Source: an uncultured Acidobacteriota bacterium (GTDB lineage: Bacteria; Acidobacteriota; Vicinamibacteria; Fen-336). From it: a stretch of DNA of 64,000 nucleotides. The stretch is from NCBI GenBank assembly GCA_963700695.1, contig CAVOYO010000012.1, forward strand, positions 446,614 through 510,613. Reading direction: 5' to 3'. Of the stretch, positions 22,952-32,401 are shown in pieces. A model generated the notes under the pieces. The model made no database searches. It worked only from the letters and a program-made list of their open reading frames with translations, and was not told the DNA's origin. How positions within the stretch are numbered: position 1 is the first letter of the stretch; every line of letters starts with the position of its first letter. Both the position numbers and the translations under genes were made by a program.

Positions 22952-23794
22952 ATGCGCGAGGTTCTGGAGGCGGCCCTTCGGGCCGAAGCCGCGGGTGAGC
23001 CGGTGGCGCTGGTCACCGTCGTCTCGACTCAGGGCTCGACACCCCAGAAGGCCGGGGCCAAGATGCTCGTGCACGCGGACGGGCGGCTGGTGGGGACGAT
23101 CGGGGGCGGCTGCCTCGAGGCGGAGATGACGCGGCGGGCGCGCCAGGCCATCGAAGATCGGCGGGTGCAGGTGGCGAGCTACGACCTCACGCCGGAGGAG
23201 GCGGGGGAGGACGGGCTCGTGTGCGGGGGCAGGATGCAGGTTCTCATCGAGCCGATCGAGGGCACACCGGTTCTCTGTCTGTTCGGGGCGGGTCACGTCG
23301 CGCAACCCCTGGCCGGCATGGCGAAGGCCTGCGGCTTCCGTGTGGAGGTGGCGGACGACCGCGTGAAGTTCGCCAACTCGCAGCGGTTTCCCGAGGCCGA
23401 CCTCGTCCTCGTGGAAGGCTTCGCGGCGGCGGCGGCACAGATGACCCTGGGTCCGAACACCTATGCCATCGTCGTCACCCGCGGTCACAAGGGGGACGCG
23501 GAGGCGCTCGAGTCCGTTCTTGGCCGTGATCTGCGGTTCATCGGGCTTCTCGGAAGCAAGGCCAAGATCGTCCACATCTTCGCCGCCCTCACCGAACGCG
23601 GCGTGGCGCGCGAGGAGCTGGCCCGGGTCCACGCGCCCCTCGGGCTCGAGATCGGGGCCCAGACCCCGGACGAGATCGCCGTGAGCATCCTGGCCGAGAT
23701 GATCGCGGTCCGGAGGGGGGTGGACCCGGCTCGGAGCGGGTCGATGAAGATGGAGCTGCCGGGTCGGCTGAAGCCTGAAGATTCAATACCTTGA
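22952..23794 (+). CDS. XdhC/CoxI-family accessory protein
   Basis: PVALVTVVSTQGSTPQKAGAKMLV..GTIGGGCLE, followed by a Rossmann-like segment LFGAGHVAQPLA. Confidence 0.75.
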   Translation: MREVLEAALRAEAAGEPVALVTVVSTQGSTPQKAGAKMLVHADGRLVGTIGGGCLEAEMTRRARQAIEDRRVQVASYDLTPEEAGEDGLVCGGRMQVLIEPIEGTPVLCLFGAGHVAQPLAGMAKACGFRVEVADDRVKFANSQRFPEADLVLVEGFAAAAAQMTLGPNTYAIVVTRGHKGDAEALESVLGRDLRFIGLLGSKAKIVHIFAALTERGVAREELARVHAPLGLEIGAQTPDEIAVSILAEMIAVRRGVDPARSGSMKMELPGRLKPEDSIP

Positions 23795-23804
23795 CACTCA
23801 AGTC

Positions 23805-23833
23805 TTGAAGTAGCATCTCAGGACCTGTATCCT
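23805..23833 (+). promoter_or_regulatory. Putative sigma70-type promoter in a locally AT-rich gap
   Basis: TTGAAG (23805-23810), a 17-nt spacer, then TATCCT (23828-23833). A second TTGACA lies at 23791-23796. Confidence 0.3.
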
Positions 23834-23852
23834 TACTCCCCAAAGGGCCTTG

Positions 23853-24410
23853 ATGAAGGACCTTGTGACAGTTGTGCTCGTCGGCGTATCGCTGGTGGCC
23901 GCGTCAGGCGGCGCCGGGGAGAAGGAGAAGGCCGCCCGAGATCGGCTCTCCGAGGAGAACGCGAACGCCGCCGGCACGTTCACCGTGCGCACGCCGCAGG
24001 ACTGGGTGTTCGAGACGCGCGCGGGCGAGCCGGAGGTCACGGAGGCCCGAGGGGGCGCGTTGGTCCTGCGCGTCGTGCGCCGTGAGGGCGAGCTGGGTCT
24101 CGACAGCTGGCACGTTCAATGCATGCTTGAGCGCCTGGCCGGACCCATGGAGACACGCCCGCAGGTCGAGTACGAATACGACTTCCACCAGGGCTGGATC
24201 GCCGACCGGCAGGCGATGGACTCCGCGTTCGTGGTGCACTACGACGAGCCGATCGAGGGCCACAAGGACTGGCGCCAGAGGAACCTGACGGTGATCGGCG
24301 GGGGTGAGTCGCTGTGCGTGATCGCGATGGCCCCCCGCCGGGTGTGGAAGAAGTCGAAGGAGGACCGGGCGCTCCTCGAGGCCGTGATGCAGAGCGTCCG
24401 TTTCGAGTGA
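23853..24410 (+). CDS. Secreted protein of unknown function (first gene of a 3-gene operon)
   Basis: Signal-like N-terminus MKDLVTVVLVGVSLVAASGGAG. I recognise no family motif. The stop overlaps the next ATG. Confidence 0.55.
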   Translation: MKDLVTVVLVGVSLVAASGGAGEKEKAARDRLSEENANAAGTFTVRTPQDWVFETRAGEPEVTEARGGALVLRVVRREGELGLDSWHVQCMLERLAGPMETRPQVEYEYDFHQGWIADRQAMDSAFVVHYDEPIEGHKDWRQRNLTVIGGGESLCVIAMAPRRVWKKSKEDRALLEAVMQSVRFE

Positions 24411-25369
24411 TGGCGCTGACCGTATCAGAGACGCTGTCCGTCGGGCGCGCCGCCAAGCGGCGTCAGATCTGGTCCGTCGGCGGCGGCAAGGGTGGCATCG
24501 GCAAGTCCCTGATCGCGGCGTCGCTCGGTTGGCAGCTCGCCCGCATGGGGCAGCGCGTCGTCCTCGTCGACGCCGACCTCGGCGGGGCCAACCTACACAC
24601 GTGCCTCGGCCTGCCCAACCCACCGCGCACGCTCGCCGACTTCATCCAGCGGCGTCTGGACACGATCGAGGAGGCCCTCACCGAGACCGGCGCCCCGGGG
24701 CTCCGGCTCCTGAGCGGCGCCGGGGACCTGCTCACCGCCGCGAACATCAAGCACATGCAGAAGGTCCGGATTCTGAACAAGATCCGGAGCCTGGACGTGG
24801 ACGTGGTGCTCATCGACATCGGGGCCGGAACCTCCTTCAACAGCCTCGATTTCTTCCTTCTCTCGGACGTCGCGATTCTGGCGGTGGTGCCGGAGCCGAG
24901 CTCGATCGAGAACGGGTACCGGTTCATCAAGAGCGCGCTGTACCGGCGGCTCCGGGCGGCGGCCCCGCACGCCGGCGTCCGAAACCTCGTCGACACCGCC
25001 CTCGACCCCAAGAACGAGCTGGGCCTGCGCACTCCCGTGGATCTCGTGGCCCGGGTGGAGCAGGAGGACCCGGCGGCGGCGGCCGCCCTGCGGCGTGAGA
25101 TGAGCTCCTTCCACCCCCGGTTCGTGGTCAACGAGGTGCGTGACGACCGGGACGCGGCCATCGGTCACCAGCTGGTGGCGGCCTGCGGGCGCCACCTCGG
25201 CCTGCGCGCCAGCTACGCCGGGTACGTGCACTTCGAGGACGCGGTGTGGCGGGCGGTCCGCCGGCGCCGTCTGTTCATGGCCGACGCGCCCACCTCGCGG
25301 GCGGCGGAGGAGATCCGGCAGCTCACGCGAGGTCTGCTCAAGGGAGAGAATCTGGGGTCCGGCTACTGA
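24410..25369 (+). CDS. MinD/ParA/FlhG-family P-loop ATPase
   Basis: Deviant Walker A with signature lysine: GGGKGGIGKS. Also VVLVDADLGGAN, VVLIDIGAG. The ATG overlaps the upstream TGA (GTGATGG). Confidence 0.8.
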   Translation: MALTVSETLSVGRAAKRRQIWSVGGGKGGIGKSLIAASLGWQLARMGQRVVLVDADLGGANLHTCLGLPNPPRTLADFIQRRLDTIEEALTETGAPGLRLLSGAGDLLTAANIKHMQKVRILNKIRSLDVDVVLIDIGAGTSFNSLDFFLLSDVAILAVVPEPSSIENGYRFIKSALYRRLRAAAPHAGVRNLVDTALDPKNELGLRTPVDLVARVEQEDPAAAAALRREMSSFHPRFVVNEVRDDRDAAIGHQLVAACGRHLGLRASYAGYVHFEDAVWRAVRRRRLFMADAPTSRAAEEIRQLTRGLLKGENLGSGY

Positions 25370-25917
25370 TGGAGATGGGGGAGGACCTCTACGACGTGCT
25401 GGGTCTCGAGCCCGGGGCGTCGCGCGAGCAGGTCGAGCGGGCGTACCGCTTCTCGCTCGAGATGTACGGAGAGGACGCGCTCGCGACGTACTCGCTGCTC
25501 GAGCCGGCGGAGCTCGAGAGCATGCGCTCGCGCATCCGCGACGCCTACCAGGTGCTGATCGACGACGAGCAGCGCCGGGCCTACGACGAAGGCCATGGGT
25601 TCGCGCCGCCCGAGTCCCCGGTGGTGCCCTTCCCGACGTCGTCGGAGAGCGGGGCCGAAGAGGTGGAGCTGCCCGAGGTCCTGACCGGCCCCGATCTGAA
25701 GCGCATCCGTGAGGCCCGCGGGGTGAGCCTGCGCCACATGGCGAACGTGACCAAGATCGGGACGCGCTTCCTCGAGTACATCGAGGAGGACCGGCTCGCC
25801 TTCCTGCCCGCACCGGTCTACCTCCGGGGATTCCTTCAGGAGTACGCTCGGATGGTGAACCTCGACGCGCGCCGGGTGGCCGAGGCCTACATGAAGCGTC
25901 TACCCGCCCGCCGCTGA
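25369..25917 (+). CDS. J-domain-like plus RodZ-type HTH protein
   Basis: N-terminus DLYDVLGLEPGASREQVERAYR. The usual HPD tripeptide is not evident. C-terminal HTH: LKRIREARGVSLRHMANVTKIGTRFLEYIEEDR. The ATG overlaps the upstream TGA. Confidence 0.6.
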   Translation: MEMGEDLYDVLGLEPGASREQVERAYRFSLEMYGEDALATYSLLEPAELESMRSRIRDAYQVLIDDEQRRAYDEGHGFAPPESPVVPFPTSSESGAEEVELPEVLTGPDLKRIREARGVSLRHMANVTKIGTRFLEYIEEDRLAFLPAPVYLRGFLQEYARMVNLDARRVAEAYMKRLPARR

Positions 25918-26102
25918 AGACGCTGCGGCGTCGATCCGGCCCAGCGCGGTCGTGCCGGCGAGGGCACCGGTCGCGGTGAGCCGGTCTCTGCGCTTCATCT
26001 CGACCCGGCTCCTCCAGTTCCGCAGTCTGCCCGAGAGTCGCACGCGCCGTGGCGCGGGCGGCGATGGTCTATGATGTCGCGATCCTCTCGCACGACGAGC
26101 CC

Positions 26103-27500
26103 ATGACCTCCTCCGCGAGTCCCCTCGAGCCACTTCTGTCCGCGCTGAGCGCGGTGGGCGAGACAGCGTCCGCGCTCGTCTTCCGGGCGAGCGACGCCGC
26201 CTTCGGGCCCGGGACCGTGATGCTCATGTTCGGGATCGGGCTCTTCCTCAGCGTGCGGTTCCGCTTCGTCCAGATCCGGCACCTGCGGGACGCGCTGCGG
26301 TCGCTGAAGCCGCGGCCGGAAGAGGGAGACGGCGCCCTCACTCCGTTCCAGGCCTTCATGACCGCCCTCGCCGCGTCCGTCGGCACCGGCAACATCGCCG
26401 GGGTGGCCACCGCGATCGTGTCCGGAGGGCCCGGCGCCCTCTTCTGGCTCTGGTGCTACGGCTTCTTCGCCACCGCGATCAAGTTCAGCGAGGCGGTGCT
26501 GGGCGTTCAGTACCGCTCGGTGGAGAGCCGGTACCTGTCCGCCGGGCCCATGCACTACCTCCGGGACGGGCTTGGCCTGAGGCGGCTCGGCTGGGTCTAC
26601 GCCCTGATCGCCGGGGTGGCGGCGCTCACCACGACGCCCATCACCCAGCCGAACTCCATCGCCATCGGGTTCGAGAGCCACTTCCACGTTCCCACGATCG
26701 TGACCGGTGTCGGGGTGGCGGTCCTGGCCTGGCTCGTGATCATCGGGGGGATCAAGTCGATCGGACGGGCGGCGGAGATGCTCGCCCCGGCCATGGTGGC
26801 GCTGTACCTGCTCGGCGGCCTGCTGGTCATCGGCACCCACGCCGACCGGCTCATGGATGTCCTCGCCCTGGTGGTGCGTGAGGCCTTCTCGCTCAAGGCC
26901 GGCCTGGGCAGCGCGGCCGGGGTCGGCATCATGACGGCGATGCGCTACGGGCTGGCCCGCGGCATCTACGCCAACGAGGCCGGGTACGGGACCGCGGCGG
27001 TGGCGTACGGCACCGCCCGGAGCCGGCGACCGGTGCAGCAGGGATACGCGGCGGTGATGGAGGTGTTCGTGGTCTCGTTCGTCACCTCCACGATCAGCGG
27101 GCTCACCATCCTCGTCACCGGCGTGTGGTGCTCCGGCCTCACCAGCACCGCCGCCGTGGCCGAGGCCTTCGACCACGCGGTGCCGTTGGCCGGAGGCTGG
27201 GCGGTGGCGGTGTGCGCGTTCCTCTTCGGGTACACCACGCTGCTCGGCTGGGGGTACTACGGGGAGCAGTTCTTCGCGTACTGCTTCGGGCCCCGCGTGG
27301 TGGTGCCCTACCGGTGGGTCTACTGCGGGCTGATCGTGATCGGCGCCACGAGCCACGTCGATCTCGTCTGGGCGTGGGGCGACCTGATGAACGGCCTGCA
27401 GATCCTGCCGAACCTGGTCGGTCTGCTCGGCCTGTCCGGCGTGGCGGCAGCCCTCCTGAAGCGGGACGAGGAACGCTCCGGGGAGGCCGGTGACCGATGA
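26103..27500 (+). CDS. Alanine/glycine:cation symporter (AGCS family)
   Basis: LTPFQAFMTALAASVGTGNIAGVATAI..GGPGALFW is the AGCS signature. The ORF is intact. Confidence 0.85.
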   Translation: MTSSASPLEPLLSALSAVGETASALVFRASDAAFGPGTVMLMFGIGLFLSVRFRFVQIRHLRDALRSLKPRPEEGDGALTPFQAFMTALAASVGTGNIAGVATAIVSGGPGALFWLWCYGFFATAIKFSEAVLGVQYRSVESRYLSAGPMHYLRDGLGLRRLGWVYALIAGVAALTTTPITQPNSIAIGFESHFHVPTIVTGVGVAVLAWLVIIGGIKSIGRAAEMLAPAMVALYLLGGLLVIGTHADRLMDVLALVVREAFSLKAGLGSAAGVGIMTAMRYGLARGIYANEAGYGTAAVAYGTARSRRPVQQGYAAVMEVFVVSFVTSTISGLTILVTGVWCSGLTSTAAVAEAFDHAVPLAGGWAVAVCAFLFGYTTLLGWGYYGEQFFAYCFGPRVVVPYRWVYCGLIVIGATSHVDLVWAWGDLMNGLQILPNLVGLLGLSGVAAALLKRDEERSGEAGDR

Positions 27501-28736
27501 GCGGATTCGCGCAGGTCGGCTCCGAGCTCACGTGCGATGGCGTCCCGCTCCGGGACGCGGCCGAGCGGTTCGGCACGCCCCTGTTCGTTTACAGCCGGGT
27601 GGCGATCGAGGAGTCGTGGCGGGCCTACGAAAACGCCTTCGCTCCCGTGCCGCACCGGATCTGCTATGCGGTCAAGGCGAACGGGAACGGTGCCATCCTG
27701 AGGCTCCTGGCCGGGCTCGGGGCGGGGGCGGACATCGTCTCGGGCGGCGAGATGCTCGCCGCGCTTCGGGCCGGGTTTCCCCCGGAGCGGATCGTGTTCG
27801 CGGGAGTCGGGAAGACCGATGAAGAGCTGGCCCTCGGCCTGGAGCGCGGCATCGGCGAGTTCAACGCCGAGAGCGAGCAGGAGATCCTGCGGCTCAACCG
27901 GGCGGCCGTCGCCCGGGGGGTCGTGGCCCGGGTCTCCCTGCGCGTGAACCCCGACATCGACTCGCAGACGCACCCCTACATCTCCACCGGCCTGCGCGAG
28001 GCGAAGTTCGGGGTGCCCATCGGCCTCGCCGCGGGGATCCTCCGGCGGGCGCGGTCGCTCGACGCGGTCCGGGTCGTCGGCGTGCAGTGCCACCTCGGGT
28101 CCCAGATCACCGACCTCGAGCCCCTGGCCACCGCCGCCCGGGACCTCGCCGAGCTCAGTCGGGAGCTGCTCGACGAGGGCTTCGCCCTGGAGACGATCGA
28201 TCTGGGCGGGGGCCTCGGCGTGGACTACGAAGGGGGGAGCGGGGCGGATCCGGCCGCGCTGGCCGAGCACATCCTGCCCGCGATCGACGGCCTGCCGCTC
28301 ACGCTCGTCCTCGAGCCCGGGCGCTCCCTGGTGGCCGGTGCCGGCGCCCTCCTCACGCGCGTCCTGTACGTGAAGGAGAACCAGGCCCGCCGCTTCGTGA
28401 TCGTGGACGCGGGCATGAACGACCTCCTTCGCCCCGCGCTCTACCGGGCCCACCACCGGGTGGAGCCGGTCCGGCCCCGGGGCGGCCCGCGGGCCGAGGT
28501 GGACGTCGTGGGGCCGGTGTGCGAGACGGGGGACTTCCTGGCGCGGGGCCGGGAGCTCGAGCGGCCGGAGCCCGGCGACCTGCTCGCGGTGAGAGACACC
28601 GGGGCCTACGGCTTCGCGATGTCCTCCCGCTACAACATGCGACCGCGGCGCGGCCGAGGTGCTGGTCGAGGCCGGCGCGGTGCGCCTCATCCGACGCCGC
28701 GAGACCTTCGACGACCTGATCGATACGGAAGTGTAG
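27497..28736 (+). CDS. lysA: Diaminopimelate decarboxylase (1 apparent frameshift)
   Basis: YAVKANGN (PLP lysine), GGGLGV, EPGRSLV and CETGD are present. The last ~30 aa (AAEVLVEAGAVRLIRRRETFDDLIDTEV*) are in frame 3 after a switch near 28648. The ATG overlaps the AGCS stop. Confidence 0.9.
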
Positions 28737-28738
28737 CG

Positions 28739-28794
28739 GGCCACCAGGCCGGACTCGCCCGCGTGTCCCTTCCTTGGGGACATGCGGGCGTACG
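28739..28794. repeat. REP-like palindromic element, copy 1
   Basis: GGCCACCAGGCCGGACTCGCCCGCGTGTCCCTTCCTTGGGGACATGCGGGCGTACG. A 13-14 bp stem pairs 28756-28768 with 28778-28790. It is ~90% identical to 46593-46650. Confidence 0.7.
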
Positions 28795-28813
28795 GGGCCT
28801 ATCTCAAGCCTTT

Positions 28814-28835
28814 CCCTCCCCCTACGTGGGGAGGG
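28814..28835 (-). terminator. Hairpin downstream of the SBP gene
   Basis: CCCTCCCC (28814-28821), a 6-nt loop, then GGGGAGGG (28828-28835). It starts 29 nt past the stop at 28864. Confidence 0.35.
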
Positions 28836-28863
28836 TTAAGGGTGGGGGGTCATTGAACAATCT

Positions 28864-30342
28864 CTACCGCGTCTTCCAGGCCTTGTCGTACCGCAGCAGT
28901 CCGGTGGGGCCGACGATGAGGCCCCGGACCTCCTCTCGGTGCGCGGTGAAGACGGAGGCGTGGTACAGGGGAACGAATGGCATCTCCTCCTGGAACAGCT
29001 CCTGCGCCTGGTGGTAGAGGGAGAGGCGGGAGCGCGGAGCGCTCTCCATGCGCGCCCGCTTCAGCAGGAGATCCATCTTCTCGCTCCGATAACGGCAGCG
29101 GTTCGTCGTGCCGATCGCCTCGGAGCCGAGGAGGGCGGCAAGGAAGTCGTTGGGGTCCGGCGTGTCGGCCTGCCAGCCCAGGAGCGCCATGTCGTACTCG
29201 CCGCGGGAGGTGAGCCCCACGTGCTCGGACCAGGTGTCGACCTCTCGAATCCGCACCCGCAGCCCGATCTGCGCCAGGTCCTGCTGGATCAGCTCGGCCA
29301 GTCGTCGGGGCTCGGGCAGATAGGCCCGCGGTGCCGCGGACACGGTCAGCGTCGCCTCGAGACCGTTGGGCCGCCCCGCGCGGGCGAGCAGCCGGCGGGC
29401 GCGTTCCCGGTCGAGCCGGATCTCGCGGCTGCGACCGTCGTACCCGAACAGGAGCGGCGGCAGGGGGGTCTGCGCGGGCTCACCGTGGCCCTCGAGGAGA
29501 TCACCCACGATCTCCGCCCGGTCGATCGCCCGGGCCACGGCCAGTCGGCCACGGACGTCGTCGAAGGGCGGCCGCTCGTTGTTCAGGGCGAGATAGCCCA
29601 GGTTGAGGCCGCTCTGGGAGTCGAGTGTGACGTGGGCGGTGGCCCGCAGCTCCGCAACCCGGCCGTGCTCGATGGCGGACGAGACGTCGACCGCGCCCGC
29701 GGCGAGGGCCCGGGTGAGGGCGTCGGCGTCCGGGAGGCGCCGGAACTCGAGGCGCCGCAGGCGTGGGACGCCTCCCCAGTAGTCGTCGAAGGCCCCGAGC
29801 TCGACGTGCCCCCGTCGCGCGCGGACGAGCCGGAAGGGCCCGGTGCCGACGGGAAGCTGGCTTCCCGGTCCCTCGAGGCGCCGGGGGCTCTGTATGGAGA
29901 AGAACGGCTGCGAAAGAGTAGACAGGAGCGCGGCGTTTGGCCGCTCGAGGGTGATCTGGACGACGTGGGGGCCGATGCGCTCGGCCCGACCCTCGAAGGC
30001 CCGCTCGCGCGCGAGGTGCTCCACGTTGCCGACCACCGCGTCCGCGTCGAAGGCCGTGCCGTCGTGGAAGCGGACCCCCTCGCGGAGAGTGAAGGTCCAC
30101 ACCCTCCGATCGGCGGTGGCCCAGGTCGTCGCGAGCGCGCCCTCCGGCCGCAGGGACCCTGGCCGCACTCGCACCAGGGTCTCGCACACGCTGGCGACGA
30201 TCTCCGCCCCGACGAGGTCCGTGGCCTGGTGGGGCTCGAGGGTCACCGCGTTCGTGAGCGTCCCGACCACGAGCGTGTCCGCGGGGGCCGGGACCTGGGG
30301 AGGAAGCAGGAGCACGGCCGCGAGGAGGAGGGAAGAGGCCAC
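28864..30342 (-). CDS. ABC transporter substrate-binding protein, family 5 (peptide/nickel type)
   Basis: Intact 492 aa with a signal peptide. TLEPHQATD...ETLVR..., WTFTLREGVRFHDGT is typical of SBP_bac_5. No permease or ATPase genes are adjacent. Confidence 0.8.
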   Translation of the reverse strand: MASSLLLAAVLLLPPQVPAPADTLVVGTLTNAVTLEPHQATDLVGAEIVASVCETLVRVRPGSLRPEGALATTWATADRRVWTFTLREGVRFHDGTAFDADAVVGNVEHLARERAFEGRAERIGPHVVQITLERPNAALLSTLSQPFFSIQSPRRLEGPGSQLPVGTGPFRLVRARRGHVELGAFDDYWGGVPRLRRLEFRRLPDADALTRALAAGAVDVSSAIEHGRVAELRATAHVTLDSQSGLNLGYLALNNERPPFDDVRGRLAVARAIDRAEIVGDLLEGHGEPAQTPLPPLLFGYDGRSREIRLDRERARRLLARAGRPNGLEATLTVSAAPRAYLPEPRRLAELIQQDLAQIGLRVRIREVDTWSEHVGLTSRGEYDMALLGWQADTPDPNDFLAALLGSEAIGTTNRCRYRSEKMDLLLKRARMESAPRSRLSLYHQAQELFQEEMPFVPLYHASVFTAHREEVRGLIVGPTGLLRYDKAWKTR

Positions 30343-30426
30343 CTCCCGATTCTACCCGGCCCGCCGGGCCCGAGCCGGGCGGATGGCCTGGCCGCGGCGG
30401 CTGGACCCACCCTGCAGACGTGAAAA

Positions 30427-30446
30427 GGGGGGGCGCGTGCCCCCCC
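30427..30446 (-). terminator. Rho-independent terminator of the TolC-family gene
   Basis: The minus strand reads GGGGGGGC-acgc-GCCCCCCC followed by TTTT, 56 nt after the stop at 30502. Confidence 0.65.
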
Positions 30447-30501
30447 GGCTACGGTCATGCCGATCGGTCGCCGCGCTGCGCGCGACGCCGTCGTGCTGGC
30501 A

Positions 30502-32145
30502 CTAGAACTGCGGGATGCCGGTCGACCGGCCCACCGACGAGGCCGCCTGACCCGAGAGGAGGGCCTGGCCAGCCTGGTCGCCCGCCGTCCCGCCCAGGAT
30601 GACCGCGGCTCCGGCGCCGCTCACACCCGCCTCCTGGGCCCGCTGGAAGTTCACGAGGCTCTTGCGGTACTCGGCGACGGCCTGCAGCTCGAGAACTTGC
30701 TGGGAGGCGAGGTCGCGCTGGGCCTGGGTGACGAGGTAGTTCGTCGACATCCCCGCGTCGAACTTCTTCTGCTCGGCGTCCAGCCGCTCGGCCATGAGCT
30801 CGCGTGCGGCCGATGCGGAGGCCACGCGCTTGAAGCCCGACAGCACGCCGCGCCCCGCCGTGCGGACCTCCTGCGCTACCTGCAGCTCGAGGCGACGTAG
30901 CGAGACGAGCGCCTGCTCCCGGCCGAGCTGGGCCTGGGCCCTCCGTGCCTTGTTGGTGCGGTTCGGGATGGCGTAGGAGAACTGCACGCCGACGTTCCAG
31001 GTGGGGAAATCGTTGCCGAACGCCTCGCCCAAGGCGTCCCCGTAGCCGCCGGGGATCTCCTCGATGACCGGTCCGCCGATCTCGTCTCGGATGAGCTGGG
31101 TCCCGCCGGCGCCCGACCCGCCGTAGCCGGCCACGAAATCGAGGCGGGGCTTCACCTGGTTGTCCCGGTACAGGACGTCCAGGTCCGAGCGCTCGAGGGC
31201 CTTGCGGGCCGAGACCACGTCGGTCCGGTTGTCGAGGGCGTTCCGGACCGCCGCGTCGAGATTGACGGGGGTCGGCTCGGCGACGGGGTCGGTCGTCGGC
31301 ACTATTCGGGTGGCCCACATGTTGGGATCGTTCTCGGGAAAGATGACGCGCTTGAGGTTGTCCTCGGAGTTGGCGAGGAGGTTCTCGGCCACGATCACCG
31401 CCTCCTCGCGGGCCGCGACCTCCGCGCGGGCCTCGACGATGTCGAGGGGGGCCATGGTCCCGACCTTCACCCGGATCTCGTTCTCCGAGAGGAGCTTCTT
31501 GGCGAGGTTGAGGCTGCCGTTCGCGGCCTGGAGGTTGTCGATGGCGTAGATGAGGTCGTAGTAGTAGAGCTTCGTCGTCGCCACCGCGTTGATGACGCCC
31601 TGGCGGAACTCGATGTCCGAGATCTGGCGGTTGATCTTCGAGAGCTTGAGCTGCCGGCGGGGCGCGTCGATCTTGAAGTTCTGGAGCAGGGGCTGGGTGA
31701 TGCTGGCGGAGAGGAACGCCGTGTAGGTTGGGTTGAAGCTGGTGAAGATGTTGGTCGTGTCCTGGCGCCGGTTGTTCCAGCGGACGTCGAGCTGGCCCCC
31801 CGTCTTCACCGGGAGGGCCGCTCCGAAGTTCCAGACATCCGTCTTCGTGTTGACGGCGTCGCCGCCGGAGAAGAAGTTCGTCCCCTTGGTGTCCGTCGAC
31901 TCGTGGTCCACGTTGGCGAACAGGAAGGGATCGTAGTAGCCCTCGGCGGAGATCACGCTCTGGGCGGCGATCTCGGGGTCGTACCGGCTGACCGCGATGT
32001 CGACGTTGGCCTCCAGGGCGCGCTCGACCGCCTCGTCCAGCGACAGCCTCAGGGTCTGCTGTTCCTCCTGACCCTGGCCCGCCGCGCCGGGGGCGAGGCC
32101 GAGCGCAAGCAGCAGGGCGCAGAGCGACGGAATCCTTGCTCTCAT
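30502..32145 (-). CDS. TolC-family outer membrane efflux protein
   Basis: ATG at 32145. Signal peptide MRARIPSLCALLLALGLAPGAAG. LSLDEAVERALEANVDIA plus two repeated OEP halves. Confidence 0.85.
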   Translation of the reverse strand: MRARIPSLCALLLALGLAPGAAGQGQEEQQTLRLSLDEAVERALEANVDIAVSRYDPEIAAQSVISAEGYYDPFLFANVDHESTDTKGTNFFSGGDAVNTKTDVWNFGAALPVKTGGQLDVRWNNRRQDTTNIFTSFNPTYTAFLSASITQPLLQNFKIDAPRRQLKLSKINRQISDIEFRQGVINAVATTKLYYYDLIYAIDNLQAANGSLNLAKKLLSENEIRVKVGTMAPLDIVEARAEVAAREEAVIVAENLLANSEDNLKRVIFPENDPNMWATRIVPTTDPVAEPTPVNLDAAVRNALDNRTDVVSARKALERSDLDVLYRDNQVKPRLDFVAGYGGSGAGGTQLIRDEIGGPVIEEIPGGYGDALGEAFGNDFPTWNVGVQFSYAIPNRTNKARRAQAQLGREQALVSLRRLELQVAQEVRTAGRGVLSGFKRVASASAARELMAERLDAEQKKFDAGMSTNYLVTQAQRDLASQQVLELQAVAEYRKSLVNFQRAQEAGVSGAGAAVILGGTAGDQAGQALLSGQAASSVGRSTGIPQF

Positions 32146-32401
32146 GATCCTTCGTGACCTCCAGGCTTTGCTACAGGGGCGATGCGCCACCAGTTGAAAA
32201 GCGATGAATTCTACCGCACGAGCGCGCAAGACCATCCCTCGCGCCGCCGAGCGTGAACGGCATCACTTCCTAAAACGAGGGAACCGCTGCAAAAGATCCG
32301 CTTTTTTGGCCGGGAGGACGTAAAGGCACCGTAAGGTCCCTCCCGCTGGCATCGCCATCCCGGGAGCCGGTATCATCACCCCTCATGGTGGAGGCTCCGT
32401 G

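Noticed and set aside
18820-23016. A very long antisense ORF (1398 aa). Similar ones occur at 13646..16129, 47564..49645, 52098..53813, 32270..33670, 11673..12845 and 107..1015.
   Set aside because: They lie opposite genes with clear family motifs and have Arg/Pro/Gly-dominated low-complexity composition. They are the stop-poor shadow frames expected at ~70-75% GC.
22952-23794. XdhC as the marker of a xanthine dehydrogenase or CO dehydrogenase cluster.
   Set aside because: No molybdopterin, FAD or FeS subunit genes are present in the window. It sits alone after the hybrid kinase.
25918-26102. A glycine riboswitch in the 185-bp gap upstream of the alanine/glycine:cation symporter.
   Set aside because: I could not identify the conserved glycine-aptamer core elements. 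Only a weak TATGAT box is present at 26070-26075.
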